Source: Neoconidiobolus thromboides FSU 785
Taxonomy: Eukaryota; Fungi; Entomophthoromycota
NCBI GenBank assembly: GCA_025603075.1
Contig: MU626358.1
Span: 13,860 to 77,859 of the forward strand
DNA: 64,000 nucleotides
Direction: 5' to 3'
The notes beneath the pieces were generated by a model. That model had not been told where the DNA came from and ran no database searches. It saw only the letters and a list, made by a program, of their open reading frames with translations. A program made the position numbers and the translations under genes. Numbering within the stretch: position 1 is the stretch's first letter; each line of letters begins with the position of its first letter. Positions 50,736-63,421 of this stretch are shown one piece after another.

Positions 50736-50843
50736 AATCAGAAAAATAGACAATCAACAAGTCTTCTAACCAGGAGAGTTTGTACGCTCTCCCTTAATGG
50801 AAAGAATTTCTTCTGTCCGCCCGTCTGCTTTTATCATCATTTG
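50736..50843 (-). ncRNA. snR70: Intronic box C/D snoRNA, snR70/SNORD43-like (guide for SSU C1639/E. coli C1402 equivalent)
   Basis: Box C ATGATGA (50834-50840), guide GACGGGCGG complementary to SSU rRNA CCGCCCGUC, D' CAGA, internal hairpin GGAGAG/CTCTCC, box D CTGA (50738-50741); lies in a GTAAGT(50875)...TAG(50680) intron. Confidence 0.85.
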
Positions 50844-50969
50844 GAAATAGAAAAATGATGTAAAAAAATACTTACATAAAAACTGAAAAACTTTGGGGAA
50901 GTTAAAACCGAATCTATACAAAAATAAAGATTAATACCAGTGATTAGAAATATTTAAAAACAAAATTGA

Positions 50970-51045
50970 TTTCAGTAAAGATTGACTCCTCAATTAATAT
51001 TTAGGCGTTGGATTGTTCATTTGTTTATGTTTTGTTCATCACGTA
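50970..51045 (-). ncRNA. Intronic box C/D snoRNA with a 15-nt guide to the LSU A-loop region (SNORD69-like candidate)
   Basis: Box C GTGATGA (51036-51042), guide TGAACAATCCAACGC complementary to LSU GCGUUGGAUUGUUCA, degenerate D', C' TGAGGA, box D CTGA (50972-50975); intron donor GTAAGT at 51074. Confidence 0.82.
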
Positions 51046-51504
51046 AAAATTAAATAATATAAAAAAATACTTACAAATAAAAAATACAAAAAATACACAA
51101 ATGTAACAGAGCTACTATCAAACAGCCGACATTGATGGTCAAGGGTGTTAGCGAAACAAAGTTAGGACATAGCCTTTATTCTGCTTCCATTGACAAAAAA
51201 AGATAAAAGGATGAGCGCGTTAACCAACAAAAAACTTATTGATTAAAGCTCCAAATACCTTTTCTTGTCGTACCTTAACAGTTAAATCATTGACGGTTTA
51301 GCTAAATTGGGCATAGGAAGGAGTAAATACTGACGGTATGCTTGTTTCTTTTTTATACTCATTTTCTCGGGATTTTGGACTTCAATTATGGGATACAAAC
51401 TGTCGGGTTTTATTGGTTAATGAGCTCTAAAATGAGTTGCTATAAAAGGATATGATGAAAGCAGGCATTTAAATTGCTTAAATAGAAATTAGGACACTAG
51501 CCAC

Positions 51505-53424
51505 ATGGATGATTATAAGCAACTTGTCAAACAGATCAAAGTAATAGTCTGAACATAGTTAACTATCAAAAGTACTAATAAACTATATAGTCCACAGTCA
51601 AAACCAATAATAAAAAGACTATCTTAGTGGATCGGTTGAACTCAATTTATGTTGATGCTTTATTCATAAGAGATATTTATACTAACTTTTTATTATCCCG
51701 GTTTCCAATACTTGGTATTATAAGATAGTTGTTATAATTGTAATAGTTATTAACTACTCCTAGCTAATGAAAGATGCGGTAATTGGTACATCCCAAGTGA
51801 TATTGTAGAATAGTTTCTTATTGAGTATACCTATTTACTAAGCTATTTGTTTATTAAGAGATATAATGATAGTGTCTATTTTAAGTCCACAGATGGACAT
51901 ATTGGAAAGTGGGATTTTTCATTAAAAAGGCTTAACTTGAATCTATTAAGTATTGTAAACCAGTATAAAGGGTAAAGGTTTAATAGTTGTTTAGTAATTT
52001 GAATTATAGTAAGTTTTTTTAGAGCTGTGATAGTGGACTCTACACAGAAGGGGAAGTCTTATCCAGACTCTTTCTCAAGAACCATTCCGGTCTACTGTGC
52101 GGTTATTAACTTAGCTATTTATAATTATCTAATAGAAAATAACAAGGATAACATATATCAGGATAAACTTAAACTATGGGATAAGGAATTTTATGCCCCG
52201 CATACAGTTGTTTCTAAAAATGAAAGGGAATCGATATTAAATAAGTTACCTGAGTTGTATTCCAAACTAACAGTAACTCAGTTTTTATTTTTCAAAAGCT
52301 TTATAATAACAAACTTAGAACAGTAGTGTTGATATAGCTAAAATAAATGAGTTGATTGAACTACCATTGAGGCCGGTTTATATAACAATGAATTCAAATT
52401 TAATTGATTTCAATCAAAATAATCAGTTTTTGCATGATGTGCCCTTTTTACCTTTGATCTTAATCACAGCCTCTAACCCAAATCGTGCAAACTTGAAGTT
52501 CCAAAACAAACATCAGATCGAGTTTAATTATATTCAAGGTGCTGGGGATGATGAAGAGAGTTGGGCTAAAGTATGTTTTACTTTATAATAGATAATAAAT
52601 AATATTCATTTCGAGCTAGGGAATAAAATGGCAATCGTATTGGGAAAATGTAGATTCGATATTAAAATATAAAACGGATGATCAAATACTCAGTTTGTTT
52701 AAAACCGATAGTGAAGAATTGAGATTCAAGTCCATCAAAAATCAAAATAATATGGATTTCATAGCAGATAGTAAAGTAGCTATCGGAAATTGGAAAAGTG
52801 GTAAGAGAGAAAATTAATTAGTTAAACTAAATGAATAATAATCTAAACTCGCAGGTGATCCTAATAACCCAGGGTTACGCCAAATTGATTTAGTCATCAA
52901 TTGCTGCGACCAAGAATACACAGCCGAAAAATTTAACCAAAAATATCTTTTTTTAAATATTAAAGAAGGCAAAAAAGGAAAAGAAGAGTTGTTTCAATCG
53001 ATTGATAAAGTATTGAAGTATTTGCAGAACAATTCTGAACATGTTAAGTCTATTTTATGCCACTGTATTCAAGGTAGTATAGTTCTTTACGTACTTTGTA
53101 TTATAATTAATTAGTTGAAGGTAAGGATCGTTCGGTGGGCATAGCACTAGCTATTTTGTTAAGGTTCATGGGGGAAGATGGTAAGAATAATATGATAGTA
53201 TAAACATAATCCTAATACTATTAAACTAGGCAAATTAAATTTTCAGTTAAAACAAAGAACAGTTGACAAACAAGAAATGAAAAATTTGATTATTCATTTA
53301 TTAAATTATCGACCAAACGTAACTCTATTTTATTCTTATTTAACTTATTACTCATAATTTAAACCAGATTATGCCAACCAGATCGACAATTAAAAAAGTG
53401 ATTGCGTATTTTAATGATAATTAA
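51505..53424 (+). CDS. RIT1: tRNA A64-2'-O-ribosylphosphate transferase (Rit1), multi-exon
   Basis: DRLNSI, ANERCGNWYIP, YFKSTDGHIGKWDFSLKRLNL, IVDSTQKGKSYPDSFSRTIPVYCAVIN, QGAGDDEESWA, DSP-like C-terminal domain, MPTRSTIKKV. Confidence 0.95.
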
Positions 53425-53461
53425 ACATTGAATACACATATATCATTCCCATTACTGTTAC

Positions 53462-55862
53462 TTATTTTTTCTTCTTTTTAAGTTCTTCAATGTGAATAAA
53501 TTCATCGCTTATACCTAACTGATTAAAATAATCTTTAAGAATGCTTTGTTGTGGTCCTTGTATCAATAGCTCTTTTAATACCATCTTTTTCTTAGTTGGT
53601 AATATATTTGCTATAGTGAAAATAATAATATTAACATGTTATTAATTAATCAAAACATTTTACCTGATACTGAAGAAGCACATAAATTTGTAAATTTTTT
53701 AATCAAATCATCTGCATCCAATTCGAAAAATTCAAAATTGGTAAGTAAAGTCACTACTTTATTGCCACATCGTTTTTGTAATTTTATATTAATAGTGGTT
53801 GGTTTACCTTTTCTATAATAATTGTTAGTATTAGCATTATAATCAATTATAGTGTAATTGAACTTACTCTATTTTTGCTTCTCTATTTGCTAATTTTAAT
53901 GAATAATAATTATCCATCTTGCCTATTATCCTAATTTGGTATTAATAACTTTATTAAATGCTAATGCTAAAACTTACTTTTCAATGATATCTTCTTTAAC
54001 TAAGCAATAGCTTTCATTTTCATTTAATTTAAGATTCACTTTCAAGTTATTATCTAATTTAACATATCTAATAAAATCTAATTAACGAAAAATTATTCGA
54101 CAATAATTAGATTACCCTTTTCTATTTCTATCAAACAATTGATTTGATTTAAAATATTTGATTAACTTTAATTCCACTTCGTTTCTTGTAACAAACACAA
54201 CATCTTCACTTAATTTAAGTAATAAATTGGCGGTTGGATTTAATTTTAATAATTTGATACACTCAATTTTAGGTTGATCAGCACTGTCACTAGTTTCACC
54301 CACCTCTTTACTATTGCTGGTCACATTTACCTGTGTTTTGCCTTTTTTGAGCGGTGTGTAATTTTTAAACCTAGTCGATAAATGTCATTATAATTGTCAC
54401 ATTTTATCTATCATCACTTACTCTTCGTGGTCATAATTAACGCTTTTAATCGTTAAATTGTTTTGTATTTCTTTTAATTGAATTATACGCTTTTTTTCTA
54501 TAAATTTCATGAATTTTTGTAACTAACAATAAAAGCGTTATTATATTATTGTGTCAGTTATATAAAGTAAAGCTTACTTTTTTAAATGAACTATGCTTCA
54601 CTTCAACTGTGCTATCTTTCATCCTAGCACGTAATAAATAATTGGAATAAAATGTAGAAATAGGAATCGGCAATAAATCTTTACTGACTTCTCGATTAAA
54701 ATTAGTACTCATACTTTGAAATAGAGCATTCATTAACGATTGGTCAACTTCTATATATGATTTGATTTAAAATACAGTTTATTTACCATTATTTTTATTA
54801 CCTTCGACGCTTAACTTATCTTCTTTATTTTTGTCTTCATCTTCTTCATCTTCTTTAATTTCACTGTTTTTTTTTTCATCTTCTTTAGTCTCGTCGCCTT
54901 TTTCTTCATTTTCTTTAGCTTCGTGCTCCTTATCTCCATTCCCCTCTATTTCGTTATTCCTCTGATCTTCATTTAATTCTATTTGGTTCAATTTAAACAA
55001 AAATTAAATTAGTGATTTACTATAATAACAATTACTTTGATCCTCGATCTTTTCTAAAGTATCGTCTTGTTGTGCAACGTTGTTATTAATCTCTGATGGT
55101 ATAATTACATCTTGAGGTTCAATTTTACTACCTTGCTTCCTAGAACTCATTATCACTTATTCACAATTACATTAATAATTACTACCATAAATAATCATCA
55201 ATGGTATGAACAATCTGTACAGCTACTCCCTTATCATCTTCTTTGATGTTTTTTGTATCCATTGTCAAGAGTCCAATCGCATAAGTGAATGCACTTAAAA
55301 TAAATGCTATCTTTATAATTAATAATGCTATACTTACTTTGGATCATTATAAACACAGATTGATACTGGGCTATTTTTTGATGCTATAGGCAATCCTTCA
55401 TCTGGGAAAAAGATCCCTGGTATCATCAATTCTATTTAGTCATATTTAATTTTCTGATATTTGTTCTTTTGTTGATAGCTATACCTGCTCCACCGATTAA
55501 TTTTTTTATTACAAATCCATTAGTATATATCTTTGGTAACAAATAGGGCAGTTTCCACGCCGTGTAAACTAAAGCCATTAAAACCCATTTTACAATACAT
55601 ATCAACTTATAAACTTACCAGTAGGTATTAGCAACTCGTCCATTTTTATCCAACTGGGTTCATCATTAGAATAGTAAAAGAAGCCTTGTCTATCACTATA
55701 AGTAAAAAATCTAGTGGTTTTTAAATCTTTAGAAACAGTTGCTTCGATCTGCTGTTCACTCAATTCCACGTTATAAAACTTTTGGATTTCATTGATTATC
55801 TTCCTACGATCACTTGAACGTACTGATGATATTGCTTTAATCTTGTGTTCTTTTTTAAACAT
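53462..55862 (-). CDS. EIF2D: eIF2D / Tma64 (ligatin): PUA, SWIB and SUI1 domains
   Basis: MFKKEHKIKAISSVRSSDRRK start, GADLMIPGI PUA segment, acidic linker, C-terminal SUI1-like segment ending KKKKK*. Confidence 0.88.
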
Positions 55863-57306
55863 TGTACTTTCCAAAATAATTAAATAAAAACGTAACTCAA
55901 CAAAAAATCACACTATTTAAACTTGTCTCATCTTTCCCACAATCTCAAAATAACAAGTTTTTGTATGAATTTTTGCACAATGTATGCATAAACCTTTGAT
56001 CAATGTTTGAGTAAAAGAAAGTGGATATAGTTTAATCTTGAGAAAGCTATCCTTTCAATAGGATAATATTTTTCGGTTAGACTTTCACTTTTTATTTTAG
56101 TCATAGAGCAATCGAGTGCTTCATTATATCTGCTGGTAACTTTTATTAGTAAGCGGACTGGTTCATGATATGGAGTATATTTTTATAATTTTAAAAGCCT
56201 AAAAACTTGAGAATTTAATTTATGATTTATAAGATTTATCTACAGGGTTTGTTTTTTAATATTTTCTAAAAAAGACCTTGGAGTGATGATGCCTCTTCAC
56301 CTTATGCACTTTTAGTAGTTTGAAATTTAAATTTCTCATATCTCTAAAAAAAAACAGTTCTTTTTAACTTGTAGCCGGAGTTCAAGTAGAATAAACATTT
56401 TATTTTCATTCGTTTAATAGCTTTATAATGTTTCGTTTGTTCTAATAATTTCGTCTTTTGTATTCATCTGTTTGTTACAACAAAGTACTTAATATCTAAA
56501 ATTTAGTTTTAAATGATACGTGAAATTATAGCTAAAGAAATGAATTTATTAAAAAGATCTTTTTCATAAAACCTGATTGTTGAAATAAAGAAATTTAAAA
56601 AAAGTTTGCTTTATGAAAAAGATGTTTAATACATCTCAATTTTCCTAAAAAATAATATGATAATAATGGAATTAATATATACCGTAACAATAAGCTTAAC
56701 AATAAACCTCAACTTAAGCCATACTTTTCTCCACAGCCTTTGTTTTTATTAAAATAAAATCTTTATTTTTATTTTTAGCCACTGATTTTTAATTTAATTT
56801 GAGGTTTCAAACTCATAATTAAAAAAACAACTATAGCCACAAAAAAGAATCCGCTTTATTGATATATAATATTATAGTAACTATAACACCAAATAAAAAG
56901 TCAAACAAAACAAACGAATTTAAATATTAAAAATATCGTTTTAACATACACCATAAATCAAACCTTGGCATTTGGACAATGGCTCATAAAAATTCTTATA
57001 TTAAATTAATATTTTCAAAAACCTTCGATTTTAAAAATAGGAAAACAAGCCCCATCCAAAAACAGTCTTTTGCAACTTGTGATTTAACCATAATTTAGAT
57101 GTTCCGAGAACACACCAATCATTTTTCCTAAAATTCTATTGTAATAGGCTTACCTCTCTTCTCAATGAAAAAACTCTAAACTAAATTCAGTTCATCACTG
57201 AATTGCATTCTAAATATTGCAACCAAATTATTATTAAGGCTGATACTTAATTAATTAGTAAAAGTAACTTAAATATTTTTACTTAATTTAAACAATTTAA
57301 AAAGCA

Positions 57307-60300
57307 ATGTCCAACTGTGGAATGTCTTGCTTTCCTGCGAAACATGCCACTTTAGTCAATAACTGCTATCCCACATTAGCTGGTGAAACTAAACCAAAAT
57401 CCAACGAACTTTCTTATCTTCAATTCTACGCCGAGTCCAGGCCTGAAAAGTTAACTAAAGTTGGCGTTTATCTCGAAAAAAAAGTCGAGGCTGATATTTG
57501 GAAAAAAAAGATTGAGTAAACTTCTGGTTTTTATTAGCTAAGAGATTGAGTTTAATGTTTAAAATTTAGTTTTGTTAAAGTTTCCATGCTCATTTGGAAA
57601 GCGGTACTGACCACTTCTCCAGCTCAAGTTAATTTGTACGCCGACCCATTGTTAAAGTCTATTAAGGCAGTTCTTACCTCTGAAGACCAAAGTGTTTATC
57701 CAGACGCCACAGAAACAGTAAATCTAATTTACAATTAAAAAGATAATAAGTTAAAGTTTTAAATTTAGTTCAGCAAATTTTGTGAAGTTAACGGAAGAAT
57801 GACTTTACTTCCAGATACCGAAATATTCGAATTGTATGTCCAAGTAATTCAAACCTATTGCTCGTTTGCAGTCAGTGAAAACTCAAACTTAGTGATAAGA
57901 AATAGGTAGCTCAGTTAAATAATAGAGTTTGAAACAATAGATTAATGATTATTAGTTTAAGAAAAAGTGGTATTCGAGCCCTTTCATCAGTAGGGAGATC
58001 AGATATTTTGCATAATTCCGATAGTAAAAGTTTGATCCACCTTTTAGTACCTGCTTTTATTTTCAATATCTCATCTCCAATCATTGAAATAGCGGATTCA
58101 AAGTAAGATCACTTTGTCTTTTATTGAGTAAGATTATTAACTTTTATCAGTCCAACACAAAAAACAATGAGTTCAAATCATGAGATTGAAGAGACTACTT
58201 GTGAAGAGTTAAATTCACTAGCTAGCCATGGGTTCGCTGATTTGGCCCGTTTAAGTTCAATCATTCATCTTAGGACTGTGATTGATTGCATTTTTGAGTA
58301 ATTTGTTATTTATGTTTACTAAGATTATATTAAACAAAGAAAATAGATATGTAGAAAGTAAGAATTATTGGACAAAAATTGATTTTGTTAAAGAGCTAAT
58401 TCAATTGGTTTCGAGTTCAGCACAAGTAAGATTACATCAGTTTAATATAAACATAATAGATCTAAACCACTAAATTTTAGCCTCAATTTCGTTATGTTCC
58501 AGTAGCAGTTGTACTTAAATTTTTAGAAAGTGAAGAGATAGTTCATAACTATTCCAAAATGTTATGCTTGATTAAAGTATTGGAATCATTATTAGTAAAA
58601 AGGCAAAGTCTGGTTGGAATATCTGTATTGGAAATTTTGAACACGCTTGTAGCTCAATTAATTACATTAAATGCTAGTACTAGTAATGGAAATGAGAGCT
58701 CAATAACAGCAGCCAAGTCCCATATTTTAGAAACCATTGGTAAATTAGGGTCTCAGATCTATTATAGCGATCAGATTATGGATGTGTTAAGCTATCTCGT
58801 TAACAAACTTAAGATTGGGGCTAAGGAACCAACAATGGGTAATTTAAGCATTACAGATGGAAGAGTATTGATATTACAGGCTATGACTAAAGTGTTGAAA
58901 GAACACCATAAAGATAACAAGAAACCCAACGAGTCTAAAGCTACGATATCTTTGAATGTGTTTACATCTACTATTTCATTGCTATTAAATGAATCCTCAC
59001 GTAAGTTTAGTTTTTACTTATAGAAACCCATTGTTTAATTGTTGTTAGAGGTACGATTGGAATTCTTTTACTTTATCTTTGAGCTTATTCATGGGCTTTA
59101 TTTACATGAAAGGTAAGTTTGGCAGTACTATTACTTACAATTATTTATGACTTTATTTTAGGGTTTCAAAGTCACATGAACGAGAAGTAAATTTTTCATT
59201 GGAATTATTTAAAAAAAGAAAACTAACATTTATAATAGTTTCTAGTATCTTTGCATAGAGCATTATTTGATTATGCTTCAAGTTCCTCCAATTTACCTAT
59301 GGACTATTTAATCGTTTATAATATTTTAACCTCTTTATATCCATCCCTTGGAGAACATGCTCTTATTCGTACTATTCCACTAATTTTCAGACTTCAAGTA
59401 AGTTTTTTATATTAAGGCTGGATCGTAAAGATATTAATTAAGTTATAGGCTTTAGAAGCAGATGAGAAAGATATTAATCTTAATCATCACCTTGCACTTT
59501 CAGGGGTTGTAGTCTACTTTTTCACATATTTAGGAAATGAAATACCTTCCGAAGAACTTACCAAGTATGTTGAAGAGGTAAATAGAACTAGTATACCAGT
59601 TTCTTTCATAATTCAATATGATTATTTTTAGATTAAAAATCAAAGAGATTTATCGTTCCAATGGTTGAACACTTTAAATATCAAAGAACCCGAAGAGCTT
59701 CGAAATATGACTGACTTAACTTTTGAGTAAGAAATATGAAATACAAAATAACTCAATTAGCAATACTAATATACTTGATTAGTGATTTGAATTCCAATAG
59801 ATTAGTGGTCACACCTAATATTGTTAGTATATTTATTGATCCAGAAATAATTACAGAAATTTTGATGGCTTCACCACAACTCACAGTGTCTACGGATGAT
59901 GCTAAACGCCAGCTTTTGGAAGAATATAACCCGGAAAAAAGTAATTATGGTAAATTTAATATTATGCTATAATCATAATCATTTTGTAATGACAACTCAA
60001 TAGACTTTCAAGAATCTAAATTCCGTATTCGCCCCTCTCGTAGTGTGAGGAGTCATAAAACCAATCTTGAACCCAATGTGATCTCAGCTGAGCCAGCTAA
60101 GATTGTGCGAATTGAAAATCTCAAAGATGCATTGACAGTACCCAATCAAGATTCCAGTGAATTCGATTCTGATTCTGAAATTGTATCCCCTTCAATTTCT
60201 ACCTCTAAAAAATCACCAAGAGAATTCGGATCTCGAGTAGATGTTAATACTCTGTTACAATCTATTTCAATATCCAACCCTTCGGCGCGTAAAAGTACCC

Positions 60301-60335
60301 TTTCATTGGTCCATGGACCATATGAAAATCTTTAG
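57307..60335 (+). CDS. EFR3: Efr3 (PI4-kinase plasma-membrane scaffold), multi-exon
   Basis: N-terminal Cys (palmitoylation-like) MSNCGMSC, KHATLVNNCYP, ELSYLQFYAESRPEKLTKVGVYLEKKV, armadillo-like helices, C-terminal DVNTLLQSI. Confidence 0.92.
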
Positions 60336-60462
60336 AAATTAATTTTAAACCCTTAATCTATTGCTAGTTTTTTCCTATTAATATTTGATATTCTTATAAA
60401 GATAAAGTCGTCATTCTAATATTTTATTTTTTACTTTATTTTTTGCCTGGTAGCTAATATAT

Positions 60463-60560
60463 GGGAGTGTTTTTTTAACTTCATTATTTTTTCCATTTTT
60501 TAAGCTCTATTTAAGCGGAAAATTTGTTAGTAAAATTCTTAAACACAAAAATACATCCCC
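60463..60560 (-). mobile_element. MITE-A copy 21
   Basis: Reverse-complement match; ATAT flanks. Confidence 0.88.
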
Positions 60561-60621
60561 ATATAGTTTTATTTGAGTTTTATTTGAGTTTCATTTTTGT
60601 AAAATGGGATCACAAGTATAT

Positions 60622-60720
60622 GGGGATGTTTTTTTTGGTTTCATTACTTTTTTCATCCTCTAAGTACTGTTTGAGCGGAAAAATTATTAATAAAATCCTT
60701 AAATATAAAAATACATCCCC
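60622..60720 (-). mobile_element. MITE-A copy 22
   Basis: Reverse-complement match, 61 bp after copy 21 in the same orientation. Confidence 0.88.
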
Positions 60721-62052
60721 ATATGCTTTTATTGATTTTACTGATCAACTAATTTACACTATTAAAGCTTTATAACATTGAGTAACTATTAATCTGTAAG
60801 TAATCCAGTTTATTTAATTTAGTTCAAATGTAGTAGTAAATTAATACACATAACATAATTTACTAAAAAATAGCAGCTTTTTAATTCCATGATTATTAAA
60901 TATTATCTAAATATTATTCAGTAGCTAGTTTAATTTACTGTCAAAAATAATAGATAATAGATCTATAAGCAAAAGATATAAGTGCTGTTATATTAAAAAT
61001 AAAACTGTTTTGCAATTTTAGCTGAAATAACAAAAAAAGTAAAGGATTTTAACAATAACTAATATTCTATCTCAAATATTATTTTAGTTATGTTTTGTAA
61101 AAAAGGATTTCGAAAAACATTAAAATAATAACTTGAAAGCTAAATAGTCCCATTGTCATAATATTATATTATACTTATTAGAATGATTGAAAAATAATGT
61201 AATTTAACGAAAATCTTATTAAAAGTATAAAATTTATCTAAAATCTAAAAATCAATTCAGTAACATCTTTAGCTTTAAAAATACAAACTTTAGAGTTTTA
61301 TAATATTTCTCTTAACACAAAACTACAAAACATTATTTAAACAATTAAAAAATATTTAAACTAGTTTTTTTATTAACTTTGTATTTTTAATTATAGTCCT
61401 AATCAATTTGAAATTATCGATACTTTACACTGCATTTTAAATTAATTAGCTCAATTTTACTTGCACAAAGTTGACTAATCTAAAAACTTTTCAGTGTAAT
61501 TTGTTGAATATTGAAAATCATTTCTTCCAAAAAAAAGAGAGTACTAACTTTGAATTGTAAAAACTTTTACCTATTAAATTAGAGTATTAGAAGTGGTTTC
61601 AATCATCCTATTTCTCAATAGATCCTTTGCTTCAATTCTTATCTATCTTAGTTGTTATTTGAAAACAATAAGAAATCTGTTTTATGAGTAGCTTTCAGAA
61701 AAGAAAGCAGACATATTAGTAAGCAACTTTTGGAGTTAAAGTCATTAAATTTATATAGTAACATAAAATATAAATAAATCAAGCTTTCTCAAATATTATA
61801 AAATATTAAAGGAAAGCAAACGCCTTTTTTAAAAATATAAGTATTATAGAAATTTATTATCGCTATCATAATGAGAATAAAACACTTTTAACCAAAATAA
61901 CTCAAAGAAAGGTTTTATCTGGTCAGCTTAAGATCAAAAATTATAGAAGAGTAGAAGTTTTATCTAAGCTCTCTTTATAAATTCTATTCATTTTTGCAAT
62001 TTGTGAATTTTATTATTATATTAATACTTATCTTCATCCAAATATAAAATAA

Positions 62053-62990
62053 ATGATATCAAGCCTTATAGTTGACCACATGGTGGCTTTCGCCATGGAA
62101 GTGATCATAGGTCAAAACCCTTCTATATTCCAAAAATTACTTACAAACTAAACATGATATCTGGATTTAATCTTAAATAGCAGGCTTCTTTCGGAATTAG
62201 CATAACTAGAAATAGCAAGTTTGATATAGGAATGTATTTTTTTGTTTAAGGATTTTACTATAATCTTTTCACTCAAATAGCGCTTAAAAAATGGAAAAAT
62301 AATGAAACTAAAAAAAACAGCCCCATTTAGTTAAATTTGTGCGCCATAATTCATCAAGGGTTAAAATAGAGCCTAAGGTTTTTATTGATACTAAAGTAGT
62401 AAATAAGGCGGATGTAGAATTACACATTGATAAGAAATATTATGGTTTTAGTATCAAAGGGTCTAGCATTCATGTTGGCCACAATAGCTGTTTTAGTTAC
62501 ACTTTCAAACAATTTGGACTATATTGAAAAACTTTTGATCTATATTCCCCATTGAGAATACTGGCACAGATTCTCAAGGAAAATATCATTTTAAAATTTA
62601 GAGCTTAAAGTGGCTAAAGCCAGCATCAAACCTCAAGAGCAAACTATAAATAAAATAAACTTTACCACAGTTTCTGGAAATCTTGATGTTCGAGGTACTA
62701 CTGGTGACACTATCTCTCTTTTTGCTAACAATGGCTATATTACTATGTCCGATGTCAAATCTAATGCTGTAGTTGAAACTACTATTCATGGAAATGTGGA
62801 TTTGTCTACACATAGTAAAAAGACAATGTATGTTAAAGCCCCATATATTAATGGAAATAAAGCCAATTATAGCAAAGTTCGCGGAACAGAAGTAGATCAA
62901 CTTAACCATGACTCTACTTTGATCAATGGTAGTGGCTTCATTTTAGTACCATCGAACTTTAAACGTATATTTGTAAGTAAAACATTGTGA
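62053..62990 (+). pseudogene. Probable pseudogene of a DUF4097-like beta-repeat protein, interrupted by a MITE
   Basis: 3' part INFTTVSGNLDV...NNGYITM...TIHGNVDL has the T-x-x-G-x-(I/V) repeat; upstream frame has in-frame TGA/TAG stops, frameshifts near 62550-62600 and a MITE at 62228-62324. Confidence 0.5.
62228..62324 (+). mobile_element. MITE-A copy 23, inserted in the DUF4097-like pseudogene
   Basis: Full-length match; flanks ATAT / ATTT. Confidence 0.87.
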
Positions 62991-63421
62991 TAGCATCTAA
63001 GTTACTAGTCTAAACAAAGAAGCTGTAATTTACTTTGGTGAAAATATAAGGAATAGTAAGAATGGCCGTACATTTTACTAGGCTTTGCTAGTGTTAAATT
63101 TGTTTAAATTTAATAAATAGTTTTGTTATTATGACTGCTTTCTAGATAAAGTTAAATGCAAATTGCTTATAGTAATATAGTTAAAAATTTAAAATCTATA
63201 AAGTACTCGATATAAGTATAAGTATAGGTTTTATTTGCTATATTGCTGTTTAAATTTTCATCTTTAAAAAATATGATAAAGATACTTCGAATGATTATCA
63301 GTCTATGCCATTTAAATAAACTATATTATTGCTATTGATGTGACTAAGATCATTAATTAAAAATTAAGGTTACTATTTTATAGTTAATAAAATATATCTT
63401 TATTACATTTAAATATACAGA

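Noticed and set aside
57030-57060. GGATGGGGCTT on the minus strand resembling RNase MRP CR-V
   Set aside because: No matching CR-I (GAAAGUCCCC-like) element found upstream.
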